From assembly GCA_942492905.1 (NCBI GenBank), contig OW818657.1:4096022-4160021 (forward strand): DNA of 64,000 bases, in the 5' to 3' direction. The position numbers and the translations under genes are program-made. The DNA comes from an uncultured Verrucomicrobiota bacterium (GTDB taxonomy: Bacteria; Verrucomicrobiota; Verrucomicrobiia; Verrucomicrobiales; V1-33). Shown here piece by piece: positions 18,513 to 27,103 of the stretch; position 1 is the stretch's first letter, and every line of letters starts with the position of its first letter. Below the pieces are notes generated by a model. That model was not told the origin of the DNA, did no database searches, and saw only the letters and a list, made by a program, of their open reading frames with translations.

Positions 18513-18638
18513 CCTTCCCCGGAGCCAAAGGCGGGGCGCTTCAATCCCGGTTTCTGCCCGGCCATGGGTTGGCTGTCCCTGCTCTGCTACTCGGGCAGGA
18601 GCCTCGTCCACCCCGGCGGCGGCGGCTATTGTCAAAGT

Positions 18639-18661
18639 CCCAGCCAGGATTCCTGGCTGGG
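18639..18661 (-). terminator. Candidate terminator hairpin downstream of the 18694..22644 gene
   Basis: cccagccagg-att-cctggctggg: perfect 10-bp stem, 3-nt loop, 33 nt past the stop codon. The downstream U-tract on the minus strand is weak (acuuug), so confidence is low. Confidence 0.35.
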
Positions 18662-18693
18662 GTTGGTATTCCAAGGCTGCCCGGAGGCGGTGC

Positions 18694-21600
18694 TTATTGA
18701 GGATGGGCGGCGAGCCACGCGTCAACATCGTTGGTGACGATCAGGCGGCCCCACATCACAGCGGCGTGTCCGGGGAAGGTGCAGACGAATTCGTATTCGC
18801 CCTCGGCCTTGGGGGCGGTGAGTTGGAGACGTTCCTTCTGACCGGGTTCGAGGAGGGACGTCGCTGCTAGGGTGGGGAAACCCTTGGGCAGGTAGGCGCG
18901 GCCATTCCGGTCCTTGCGGTCGGGGGGCATGGTGAGGGCCGCGTTGCCGATCGCCATGTGCTGGCCGGGGTCGACAAACACGAGGTTGTGAGGCATCACA
19001 TCGTTATTCTCGAAGAGGACCTCGAATGGTTTGCCGGCCGTGACCACCAGACGGTTGGTGTCGTATTTGAGCTGCTCGCGGACGGTCTTCAGCACAAAGA
19101 TACTTACACCGAGGGAGCGCAGTTCCTTGGCCAGAGGCATATTCCCGGCGAGCGCGGCCATCTCCAGGCCCAGTTGGTTCAGCTCGACAAAGGATTGCTC
19201 ACTGCGCTTTTTCGCATCGACCTGCCGGTTGATCGCCAACACCTTTTGGGCAATACCCGCAGCCTGCGTTTTGTCCCAGGCATCGCGGGGGAGCTGCATG
19301 ATCGCATTGGCGATGGCGTGCGGCTCCTGGCCTTCGGTGAGGAATTTCGCCAGCAGCGTGAAGTTGGCCGCGGCATGGTCCACTCCCATCAGGGGCAAGG
19401 CCATGAGAGCGGCTTTCCGGAGGGGGCTGGTGGTTTGCGCGTTGTTGATCAGGGCCAGGAGCGCCGGCTGGAAGGGGCTGCGCAGCGCCGGGTCGGCCAC
19501 TGCTCCCAGGCTGGCGATGAGGGCTTCCCGGTCGGCGGGTTTGCCCTCCGAAGCCGTCCACAACGCGTCGGGTTTGCCATCGGCCACCACCAGCGCACTC
19601 CAGGCAGCCTCGCGGATGGCGGGCAATTTGGCGGAGCCGGCGGCCTTCATCAGATCGGCACGGGCGGCTGCCAATTCAGCAGGTGCGGTGGCGGGGAGCA
19701 GCCGGCCCAGCGCGGCAGCAGCGGCGGCCATCCCCTCCCCTTTGGCGTCGAGGCGTTGCAGGTTCCCCAACAGGATGGCCATGCGGGAAGTTTTGGTCAG
19801 GGCCATGAGATCACTGACGGCCTTTTCCCGGGCCACCGCATCGAAACTGCTGCGCTCCAGCTTGGTCTGCAACACCGCTGCCACGGCGGGGAGTTTGTCG
19901 AGATCCTTGTCGGCAGTCTGGGCCAGCACGAGGGTGAGGAGCACCGGGTCTTCCGGCAGGGATTTCTCCGTGCGGATGGAATCCAGTTGGCGCATGGTCT
20001 GCGTGTAAGTGTATTTCAGATAGCTGTCGGACTCATACTTCAAGGTGGTCTGCGCGACGGTGACGGCTTTGGCGGCCTCCTCACCACTGAAAAAACTGGC
20101 GACGCGGACCGCTTCGAGCCGGACCCGGGGCGCGCTGTCATTGGCGGCGGCCATCAGGTAATCCAATGCTTCAGGAATCCGGTCCATCTGATAACCGATG
20201 ACGCGGACGGCCTGGGCCCGGGCGCGGGGTTCCGGGCTTTTCAGCAGGGTTTCCAGCAGCGGGATATTCACGGCATTGTGCCATTGGTGGACCCAGAGGG
20301 CTTCCAGCAGATGGTGCGCGTCCCCGGCTTTGTTGGGGTCGAATTGTTTGGCCCACTCCTGGGTGGCGGCGATCACCTGGGCGCTGTCATGTTTGCTCAA
20401 CTCGATTTTCGCCCGCAGACGGACGTCATTCTCAGGTTCCTTGAGCAGCTCCAGCAGTTTGACGATCGGCTCGCCATCCACCTTTTTCGGTTCCAGCAAG
20501 GGACGGGAAGGATAGGTGATGCGGTAGAGGCGGCCATGCTGGTGGTCGCGGTTGGGATCGCGCAGATGGTGCTGCAGGTGGCCGATCAGCATTTGGGACC
20601 AGTCCATGAAGTAGAGCGAGCCGTCCGGAGCCACCGTGATCCCGGAGGGGCGGAAGTTGGGATTTTTGGCCACGTCGGTGGAGACCAGATGATCCACGGT
20701 CTTGCCTTTGATCCCGGCGCCTTCGTCGGAGAGTTCAGCCCGGAAGATACCCTGGAAGCTGATCACGTTGGCATTGAGAAACTGTCCCTGCCAGGACTCC
20801 GGAAAATGCCGGCTGGTAAGGATCGCGGTGCCGGCACAGGGGCGGGAGGGGCGGTCCCAGAATTGTTGGTAGCCCGGATGGGAACCCTGATCCAGATGGC
20901 CGCTGAAACCAGGCCCAAAGTAGTTGGCGTTGCCGGTGGCATCGGTGATCAGGTCATTCCCCCAATAGTCAAAGACCCGGCCGTGGGGGTTGGCAAAGCC
21001 ATAGGGCACGTGACGCCGGAACTTGCTGGTGCTGGGTTCATAACGATAGATGGCACCGTCCGTGTTCCGCACCGGCCCGAGGTAGGTTTCCACATTGGTG
21101 CGGTGGAAGACGCCATCACTCAGGTAGATGGCCCCGCCGGGTTCATAACAGATCGAGTTCGTCTCGTGGTGGGAATCCGCCGCATCCAGGCCGTGCAGCA
21201 GGCGCTCCCTGGAGTCGGCCTTGCCATCCCCATCGGTATCCCGCAGGAACCAGAGATCGGGCGACTGCATCACGATGACGCCATCCTTGTAGAATTGAAA
21301 ACCAGTCGGGCAATTCAAACCATCGGCAAAGGTGGTGCACTTCAACGGCTGGCCCGTTTTGGGATCGAGATCGAAATAGATCAGCTTGTCGAAGTTGGTG
21401 GTGGTCGGGGAAGTTTCCGGATAGCTCGGCCAGACGGAAATCCAGAGCCGGCCCTTGGTGTCAAAGTTCATCTGCACCGGATTGATGAGTTCCGGGAAGG
21501 TGGCTTCGGAGGCGATGAATTCCAGCTTGCAGCCTTCCGCCACGGTAATGTGCTGCATCGCTTCCTCACCACTCAGGTAGGGCACGGCATCCTTCCGGTT

Positions 21601-22644
21601 CGGCGGGGTGAGATCCACTGGCGGCAGATTGTCGTCCTTGATCTGGTAGTCCCTGCCCTGAGCCGCCGCCCACACCGCGCGGTCGCGGTTGGCCGTGAGG
21701 ACATCCCGCTGCGCCAACTCCTGTCCCAGGATGGTGGCATTGTCGGTGCCTTCGTATTTGATGCGGGAGCGTCCGCCAAAAATGTTGTACTGGTCCACGG
21801 TGCGGTAGCGGTGGTGCCATTGGGAGTTTTTCTCCACCACGGCGGCCCGGATCTTTTCCAAAGCCGCTTCCTTCGTATCCGGGGCAGCCTTGCCGAAGAG
21901 CGCCTCAAACTGCACGGGAGCCAGGGCACGGTCCCCGGTTTCGGTGAGGTGAATCCCATTGAGGGTCAGCCGCTGCGGGGATTTCGCATAAAGATCGAGG
22001 GACGCATGATACAAGTCCACGAAAGGCACTTTGTTCAGGTCGGCCACCTCGGCCATGATTTTGGTGTAGACCTCCAAATTCAGATTGGTCTTCGCCCCAT
22101 CCGGGAAGTTCGCGTCCTGCAGGTTTTCGTGGGCGATGGGGGAAAACAACACCACCCGGGGCGGGGCCTGCGCCCCATTGCCGGTGGTGGTTTTTTTGAG
22201 ATAGGCATCCAGATTTTGACGGAACCCATTGGCCCCCGCGGCGCCTTTGAAGGACTCATTGAATCCCCAATAAGCGAAAATGACCGAGGCATTGAAGTCG
22301 GTCCCGGCCTTATAGACGACCTGGGTGTCCCCGATTTTAACCACCGTGTCGCCCTTCTTCATATTGAGGAAATATTCGGTCTTCGGCACCTCATCGGAGC
22401 GGGGGTGCAGATTCACTTCATCAGCGGCAAAGCCCAGGTTGCGCACCGTCAGTTCCAAATCCGGATAGGCCCGGTGGATCATGGCTTCCAAGTAACCATG
22501 GTGTTGCTGGCGGTCCGCCAGGCCACTGCCCACGATGGCGATCTGGTCGCCCTTTTTGAGTTCCAGTCGGACCGTCTGGTTGGCGGCATGCAGTGGAGCC
22601 GTGACGGCAAAAACGCAAAGAACAGGCAGATATCTTAAAATCAT
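18694..22644 (-). CDS. Multidomain secreted protein: SGNH/GDSL-like hydrolase, dehydrogenase-like beta-propeller, HEAT repeats, C-terminal azurin-like cupredoxin
   Basis: I prefer the ATG at 22644 (MILRYLPVLCVFAVTAPLHA signal peptide) over the ORF-track start at 22836.
- Propeller block: DGKADSRERLLHGL...HHETNSICYEPGGAIYLSDG.
- HEAT-like helical repeats: PRARAQAVRVIG..., APRVRLEAVRV....
- C-terminus: MPHNLVFV...GEYEFVCTFPGHAAVMWGRLIV, which is an azurin-type His/Cys/His/Met copper-ligand pattern.
- I found no CxxCH motif. Confidence 0.85.
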   Translation of the reverse strand: MILRYLPVLCVFAVTAPLHAANQTVRLELKKGDQIAIVGSGLADRQQHHGYLEAMIHRAYPDLELTVRNLGFAADEVNLHPRSDEVPKTEYFLNMKKGDTVVKIGDTQVVYKAGTDFNASVIFAYWGFNESFKGAAGANGFRQNLDAYLKKTTTGNGAQAPPRVVLFSPIAHENLQDANFPDGAKTNLNLEVYTKIMAEVADLNKVPFVDLYHASLDLYAKSPQRLTLNGIHLTETGDRALAPVQFEALFGKAAPDTKEAALEKIRAAVVEKNSQWHHRYRTVDQYNIFGGRSRIKYEGTDNATILGQELAQRDVLTANRDRAVWAAAQGRDYQIKDDNLPPVDLTPPNRKDAVPYLSGEEAMQHITVAEGCKLEFIASEATFPELINPVQMNFDTKGRLWISVWPSYPETSPTTTNFDKLIYFDLDPKTGQPLKCTTFADGLNCPTGFQFYKDGVIVMQSPDLWFLRDTDGDGKADSRERLLHGLDAADSHHETNSICYEPGGAIYLSDGVFHRTNVETYLGPVRNTDGAIYRYEPSTSKFRRHVPYGFANPHGRVFDYWGNDLITDATGNANYFGPGFSGHLDQGSHPGYQQFWDRPSRPCAGTAILTSRHFPESWQGQFLNANVISFQGIFRAELSDEGAGIKGKTVDHLVSTDVAKNPNFRPSGITVAPDGSLYFMDWSQMLIGHLQHHLRDPNRDHQHGRLYRITYPSRPLLEPKKVDGEPIVKLLELLKEPENDVRLRAKIELSKHDSAQVIAATQEWAKQFDPNKAGDAHHLLEALWVHQWHNAVNIPLLETLLKSPEPRARAQAVRVIGYQMDRIPEALDYLMAAANDSAPRVRLEAVRVASFFSGEEAAKAVTVAQTTLKYESDSYLKYTYTQTMRQLDSIRTEKSLPEDPVLLTLVLAQTADKDLDKLPAVAAVLQTKLERSSFDAVAREKAVSDLMALTKTSRMAILLGNLQRLDAKGEGMAAAAAALGRLLPATAPAELAAARADLMKAAGSAKLPAIREAAWSALVVADGKPDALWTASEGKPADREALIASLGAVADPALRSPFQPALLALINNAQTTSPLRKAALMALPLMGVDHAAANFTLLAKFLTEGQEPHAIANAIMQLPRDAWDKTQAAGIAQKVLAINRQVDAKKRSEQSFVELNQLGLEMAALAGNMPLAKELRSLGVSIFVLKTVREQLKYDTNRLVVTAGKPFEVLFENNDVMPHNLVFVDPGQHMAIGNAALTMPPDRKDRNGRAYLPKGFPTLAATSLLEPGQKERLQLTAPKAEGEYEFVCTFPGHAAVMWGRLIVTNDVDAWLAAHPQ

Positions 22645-22810
22645 GGCAAAGGACGAAATCGGTGATGGAAGCAGCAAAGGCCGGAAAGACTTGCTCCATA
22701 CTCCCTGAAAGGCGGGGGTCTTGCACCTTCCCACCCAATCGTGTGAAATGCGCCGCCGCGCGGCAGACCCGTTGGGTTGACGCCGCCCGCTCCCGGATGA
22801 TGATACACCC

Positions 22811-23314
22811 ATGAAATGGATGCGCTTTCCCTTCAAGACCCTGCTGGTGATGGGGCTGCTCAGTTTTGTCCTCGTGGATTACCCGCCCCTGAAACTGACC
22901 TTCGCCCACACCAAGGACATGGTGAAGAAAGCCGAGTTTTATCCGCTGTCGTCCTTTTCCATGTATTCCACTTTTTCAGAAGCGCCATTTCTGGTGTTCA
23001 TCACCGATGGGGCGGGCCAAAAAATCGCGATCGACTCCTCCTTGAAGACCCACGCTTCGGAACTCAAAAAGACCTACGAGATGCGGCTGAAAGCCCTCAA
23101 AAAACAAGGCTCGCTCCCGGGTAAATTGACCGATCTCCCGCTCGCAATCAAAGCCGAGGCCGGCCGCGATACCTTGGAACTGCTCAAGGCCCGGCCCAGT
23201 GTCCAGGAATATCTCGCCACCAGGGATAACCAAACGTTGCGACTGCACGAAATCATCCTGACCGCCGGAGATGACGGGATCGTGAAACAGGAACAATGGG
23301 TCGCGGAACTGTAA
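22811..23314 (+). CDS. Hypothetical membrane-anchored protein (167 aa)
   Basis: ATG start, N-terminal hydrophobic helix (FKTLLVMGLLSFVLV), coding-like composition. Divergent from the 18694..22644 gene. No family recognised. Confidence 0.6.
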   Translation: MKWMRFPFKTLLVMGLLSFVLVDYPPLKLTFAHTKDMVKKAEFYPLSSFSMYSTFSEAPFLVFITDGAGQKIAIDSSLKTHASELKKTYEMRLKALKKQGSLPGKLTDLPLAIKAEAGRDTLELLKARPSVQEYLATRDNQTLRLHEIILTAGDDGIVKQEQWVAEL

Positions 23315-23345
23315 AGTCCGTCCTCCGGTCCGCTGCGTCAGGGCC

Positions 23346-23936
23346 TCATCGCGCCAGAGTGAACTTCAAGGTTTCCGGCACCTGCCAGGCTGCCATGGCT
23401 TCGAGCAGGGCTTCTCCCGTTTCGGCAGCCACCACCCGGTCGCGGTCTTCCTGTCGGAGAAAACCCCGCTCCACCATGACATCCAGCGTGACCAGGATGC
23501 CATCGAAATAGCCGTCCACATTCAAAATCCCCACGGGGCGGTCATGAATCGCGAGCTGGCTCCAGGTGAGGACCTCGAAGAGCTCATCCAAGGTGCCGAA
23601 TCCTCCCGGAAGCGCAATGAATCCATCCGACTCCGTCACCATGATCTGTTTGCGTTCATGCATGGTGTCCACCACCCGCATGTCCGTCACCCCGTCGTGC
23701 TTCAGCTCCCGGGTATTGAGAAAAACTGGGATCACGCCGGTGACCGCCCCGCCCCCATCCAGCACGCCATTGGCCACCGCCCCCATCATGCCCACGCCAC
23801 CACCGCCATAAACCAGCCGGATGCCCCGGGCGGCCAGCAATTGCCCCAGCGCCCGGGCGATCGCCGGGTATTTCAAATCATGCCCCGGGCTGGATCCACA
23901 GTAGACGGCGACGGAATGTATCATGCCGCTTGGCAT
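23346..23936 (-). CDS. LOG-family cytokinin riboside 5'-monophosphate phosphoribohydrolase-like protein (TIGR00730 type)
   Basis: VAVYCGSSPG...LVYGGGGVGMMG...PGGFGTLDELFEVLTWSQL: the canonical LOG/PGGxGTxxE motifs at the expected size. Confidence 0.9.
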   Translation of the reverse strand: MPSGMIHSVAVYCGSSPGHDLKYPAIARALGQLLAARGIRLVYGGGGVGMMGAVANGVLDGGGAVTGVIPVFLNTRELKHDGVTDMRVVDTMHERKQIMVTESDGFIALPGGFGTLDELFEVLTWSQLAIHDRPVGILNVDGYFDGILVTLDVMVERGFLRQEDRDRVVAAETGEALLEAMAAWQVPETLKFTLAR

Positions 23937-24054
23937 CCTTCAGGTCACCGGCGGCCGCAAGCGTGGGAAAGGAGGATAAATTCCAGCTTGCAAAGCCCTC
24001 CGCCTCCCCTTATCTCGCCACACGACGCGCCCACTGTGGCAGCGACCGTAAAAT

Positions 24055-24139
24055 GGGTGGATTCCAGAGTGGCCAAATGGGGCAGACTGTAAATCTGCTG
24101 TCTTCGACTTCGAAGGTTCGAATCCTTCTCCGCCCACCA
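24055..24139 (+). tRNA. tRNA-Tyr (anticodon GTA), class II with long variable arm, encoded CCA
   Basis: GGGTGGA acceptor stem pairs with TCCGCCC (one G-T pair). Anticodon loop is cagaCTGTAAAtctg. Long variable arm (tgtcttcgacttcgaag). T-arm GGTTCGAATCC. Ends ACCA. Closely resembles E. coli tRNA-Tyr from memory. Confidence 0.95.
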
Positions 24140-24292
24140 TATTAATCCTCAAGGGGTTACGTGGATTTTCAGCCTGATTGATTTCAGGAAACCAATGCTT
24201 CCTGGACGTTTCCACGATTCCGTTACGTCCTTTCCAGAAACGGGCCGCCACGATAGAGGATGCAAGCCCTCTATTCAGAGGTATCCCGCCAA

Positions 24293-24691
24293 TCAGTTCC
24301 CTGCCTTGAGCTCCAAGAGTTGCTGCTCGGCCTCAAGCGCTTGCTCGGCAGCGCGCAGGGCCTCGGTGGCTATGACGAGACCGGCCTGCTGCCTTTCCCC
24401 GAACAAAACCGAACGCTCCCGGTGCAAGGCGACGATGCGTTCCTGCCACTGGATCTTGCCGGACACCTCCTTGCTGTAGTTCCTGCGGAAGGTGAAAAGG
24501 GCGAGGGCGGCTGTCATGACGTCCTCTTTTTGGGCGGAACCGGCTTTGTAACGCTCCTCTGTCATTTCATGAATCCGGGAGAGGAGGTCCCCGCGTTTTT
24601 GGATCAACTGCCCGATCGCTGCATCAGGCTCTTGTGCGTTGGCCAAAACCGGGGAGGCGAGGAGGATCAAGGCAGTGAGGAGGGTTTTCAT
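24293..24691 (-). CDS. Hypothetical secreted helical protein (132 aa from ATG 24691)
   Basis: MKTLLTALILLASPVLANA signal peptide, then helical/coiled sequence. The opposite-strand ORF 24260..24817 looks like a shadow ORF. Confidence 0.6.
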   Translation of the reverse strand: MKTLLTALILLASPVLANAQEPDAAIGQLIQKRGDLLSRIHEMTEERYKAGSAQKEDVMTAALALFTFRRNYSKEVSGKIQWQERIVALHRERSVLFGERQQAGLVIATEALRAAEQALEAEQQLLELKAGN

Positions 24692-24997
24692 ATGGGGCGG
24701 CATGCCATGGGTTCGGGAGCAGGTTTTAGGCAGCAGATCCTATTCTGCGTTCGCAATGATTGCGAGAAACAATCGAAACCGGCAGGGGTTTTCCGGTCAA
24801 CCCGCACCCGGCAATGATCCCAGCAGCATCCGAAGACGATGAGAGACGGTTTTCCCCGCAATCCCTCAGAAACTCCTATTAAAAGAGCGGAAAGGGGCTC
24901 GCAATCGTTTCCAGGTTATGCTTAAATACGCGAACAAATACCCGCCATCCGGGCAATCATGGACAGGATGCGGGCAGCTTGATATAGAAGACGCGAT

Positions 24998-25369
24998 ATG
25001 ACTGCGGCACAACTCATTGAGAAAGCGGACGGCCTCGCCGCCCTCGGACTATTTGGGGACGCGTGGGATGTTCTGGAAAGTCTCCTGCCGGCGGACCGGA
25101 TGCAGCCGGCGGTCCTTGCCGTGCAGTTGAAAATCTGTCAAGGGTTGGAACGATGGGAATTGGGGCAGGATGTTGCCCGCCGCATCGCGCCCGGTGACGA
25201 GCCACATCATCGCGAGGCCGCGGGCCGGTTTCACCTTGCCCATGCCATCGCACAGTGCGCCGCCAGTGATGTTTTGGGGGCACGGGTGGCGGTGTGGGTC
25301 ATGTCGCTGGTCTGGCCGGAAGGGCGGGAGGTGGCGCTGGATTCCCACGATCTTGCCGCCATCTGGTGA
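24998..25369 (+). CDS. Hypothetical protein (123 aa)
   Basis: ATG start, coding-like G/C-rich third positions, helical repeat-like sequence. No family recognised. Confidence 0.5.
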   Translation: MTAAQLIEKADGLAALGLFGDAWDVLESLLPADRMQPAVLAVQLKICQGLERWELGQDVARRIAPGDEPHHREAAGRFHLAHAIAQCAASDVLGARVAVWVMSLVWPEGREVALDSHDLAAIW

Positions 25370-25547
25370 TTTGAAGCAGGCGATCAAGACCGCCGGATGT
25401 GTGGGGCGTGTGGGCGCATTTACTTTCCGATTTTTGATTTCCGGGCCCTGCTGGGATTTTCTGGACGCCGCAGCCGTTCCACACGACGAAAGGACGCCTG
25501 CAGCTGCGGCGTTTTAAGCCAGCCCGCCCAACAATTCCCCCCCTGCC

Positions 25548-25907
25548 ATGAAAACCCTCTGCACCATCTTCTGCCTCGTTTCCGCCCTGCTGATTTGCCC
25601 TGCCCCGGCTGCTGACCCGGCCAAGGCGGTCGCCGCACCCGGGATTCAGGAGCGGCTGACCCGGATAGATCTGGCCGTCACCCTCGCCCAGTATAAAAAA
25701 GTCCGGCAACTGATCGAAGAGACCAGCCTGCAATATACGCTTGAAGGCGACCCGTCTTCCGATGCCTCCAGCAAAGATCGCGACGCGCTTTCGGCCAGAG
25801 TCAAAAAACTTTATGATCTGGCCGAAAGCCTCCGGAGGAATGCCGCGGAATACGATGAAAAAATCCAAGGCTACCGGAAAGCCGCTTTGGCCAGCCAGCC
25901 TGAGTAA
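25548..25907 (+). CDS. Hypothetical secreted protein (119 aa)
   Basis: MKTLCTIFCLVSALLICPAPA signal peptide followed by charged helical sequence. No family recognised. Confidence 0.55.
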   Translation: MKTLCTIFCLVSALLICPAPAADPAKAVAAPGIQERLTRIDLAVTLAQYKKVRQLIEETSLQYTLEGDPSSDASSKDRDALSARVKKLYDLAESLRRNAAEYDEKIQGYRKAALASQPE

Positions 25908-26154
25908 AGACCGGTTGGATGGCAGTCCCGTAGACACCAGCGATGATGAACACGGTTCCGGCAAGTCGGGATGGCGGGCCCAGCAGCAGCCGAGGTCCCC
26001 GCCCCCCTTTCCCATAGCCTGATGACGTAAAAGTCGAGGCACGATGCTGTTCCGGTCGGCCCCTGACAGGAACAAAGGGCCGGGCGTATCAATTCCCGGA
26101 ATTTGGAGCTCGAGACCGCCTCCAAGCATTACCTCCACGGTCAAAAGAATCGAA

Positions 26155-26245
26155 GCCTTATTCATTAATTATAGAATTACGTTGACATAAATATAATTTA
26201 CGATCATGGTAATTATGGATATTATTAATTAAATAATTCCCCTCC
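26155..26245 (+). promoter_or_regulatory. Strongly AT-rich block upstream of the DUF3494/PEP-CTERM gene (putative promoter/UP region)
   Basis: About 90 nt of almost pure A/T in an otherwise GC-rich window. It contains TTGACA (26182-26187), TATAAT (26192-26197), three taattat motifs and the palindrome ttaattaa. The two hexamers are not correctly spaced relative to each other, so the actual promoter is unresolved. Confidence 0.3.
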
Positions 26246-26253
26246 CCCCAACC

Positions 26254-27042
26254 ATGAACACCATCGCTCCCCCCGCTCCTCATTCCCCCACTGGACTGAG
26301 GCTCCTCTGTTGCGCCGCCGGATTGATTCTTGCCAGTCAAGGTCATGCGGCCACCCTGGTAAACCTTGGAGCGGCCAGCGGCTTCGGCATGATTGCCAAT
26401 ACGGCCATCACTGTCGCCGGCGCCAGCAGTATTTCCGGTGATGCGGGAACTCTGTCAGGAACTGCCATTGAGGGAGTGGGCCAGCTGACTTTGACGGGCA
26501 CCAACCACGGTGGCGACGCCTTCACGCAATCAGCACACGCTGATTTTTCCAACGCATTCACCACCGCAGCCCTCCAAGCGGCCAATTTCACCTATCCGGA
26601 AGTGTCGGATCTGGGTGGGCTCACCCTTTTCCCCGGCGTCCACAAGGGCCTGAGCTCCTTGGCGATCAATGGCACCCTGACTCTCGATGCCCAGGGGGAT
26701 CCAGGGGCGGTTTGGATCTTCCAGACCGTTTCAACGCTCGTGACCGGTTCCGGCAGCACGATCACCCTGACCGGAGGGGCGCAAGCCAGCCATATTTTTT
26801 GGCAGGTGGGCAGTTCCGCCACGATGGGAACAAGCTCGCATCTGGAAGGCAGCATTCTGGCCCAGACTTCCATCACACTCACGACCGGGGCATCTGTGAT
26901 GGGCGGACTTTATGCCCGGGATGGCGCGGTGACGCTGGACAACAATAGCGTCGGCATCCCGGAACCGGCCAGCCTGGGTCTGCTGACCATAGCCGGAAGC
27001 CTCTCCCTGATCCGGCGGCGGCGTCCCCGCGGAAATTGCTGA
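26254..27042 (+). CDS. Ice-binding-like (DUF3494) protein with C-terminal PEP-CTERM sorting signal
   Basis: LGAASGFGMIANTAITVAGASSISGDAG...LTLDAQGDPGAVWIFQ...SHIFWQVGSSATMGTSSHLEGSILAQTSITLTTGASVMGGLYA is the DUF3494 beta-solenoid pattern. The C-terminus IPEPASLGLLTIAGSLSLIRRRR is PEP-CTERM. Confidence 0.8.
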   Translation: MNTIAPPAPHSPTGLRLLCCAAGLILASQGHAATLVNLGAASGFGMIANTAITVAGASSISGDAGTLSGTAIEGVGQLTLTGTNHGGDAFTQSAHADFSNAFTTAALQAANFTYPEVSDLGGLTLFPGVHKGLSSLAINGTLTLDAQGDPGAVWIFQTVSTLVTGSGSTITLTGGAQASHIFWQVGSSATMGTSSHLEGSILAQTSITLTTGASVMGGLYARDGAVTLDNNSVGIPEPASLGLLTIAGSLSLIRRRRPRGNC

Positions 27043-27103
27043 GCACCGCTGGTTACGGACGGAAGCTCACACTACCCGCGAATGGCCGGCACCGCCGGAG
27101 AAC

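Noticed and set aside
18958-22638. 1226-aa plus-strand ORF
   Set aside because: Antisense shadow of the 18694..22644 gene, which has clear SGNH, propeller, HEAT and azurin motifs. The plus-strand translation has none.
22645-22836. N-terminal extension of the 1380-aa ORF
   Set aside because: It would overlap the divergent gene starting at 22811. The internal ATG at 22644 is followed immediately by a canonical signal peptide.
25299-26165. 288-aa minus-strand ORF spanning two plus-strand genes
   Set aside because: It overlaps 25548..25907 (signal-peptide protein) and the end of 24998..25369. The translation is Gly/Arg/Pro-rich with no motif. The distal part (25908-26165) is better treated as non-coding.
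24140-27100. tRNA-Tyr-associated genomic island with att repeat
   Set aside because: I could not find a repeat of the tRNA 3' half by eye and no integrase is present. It is reported only as a low-interest hypothesis, not as a mobile-element feature.
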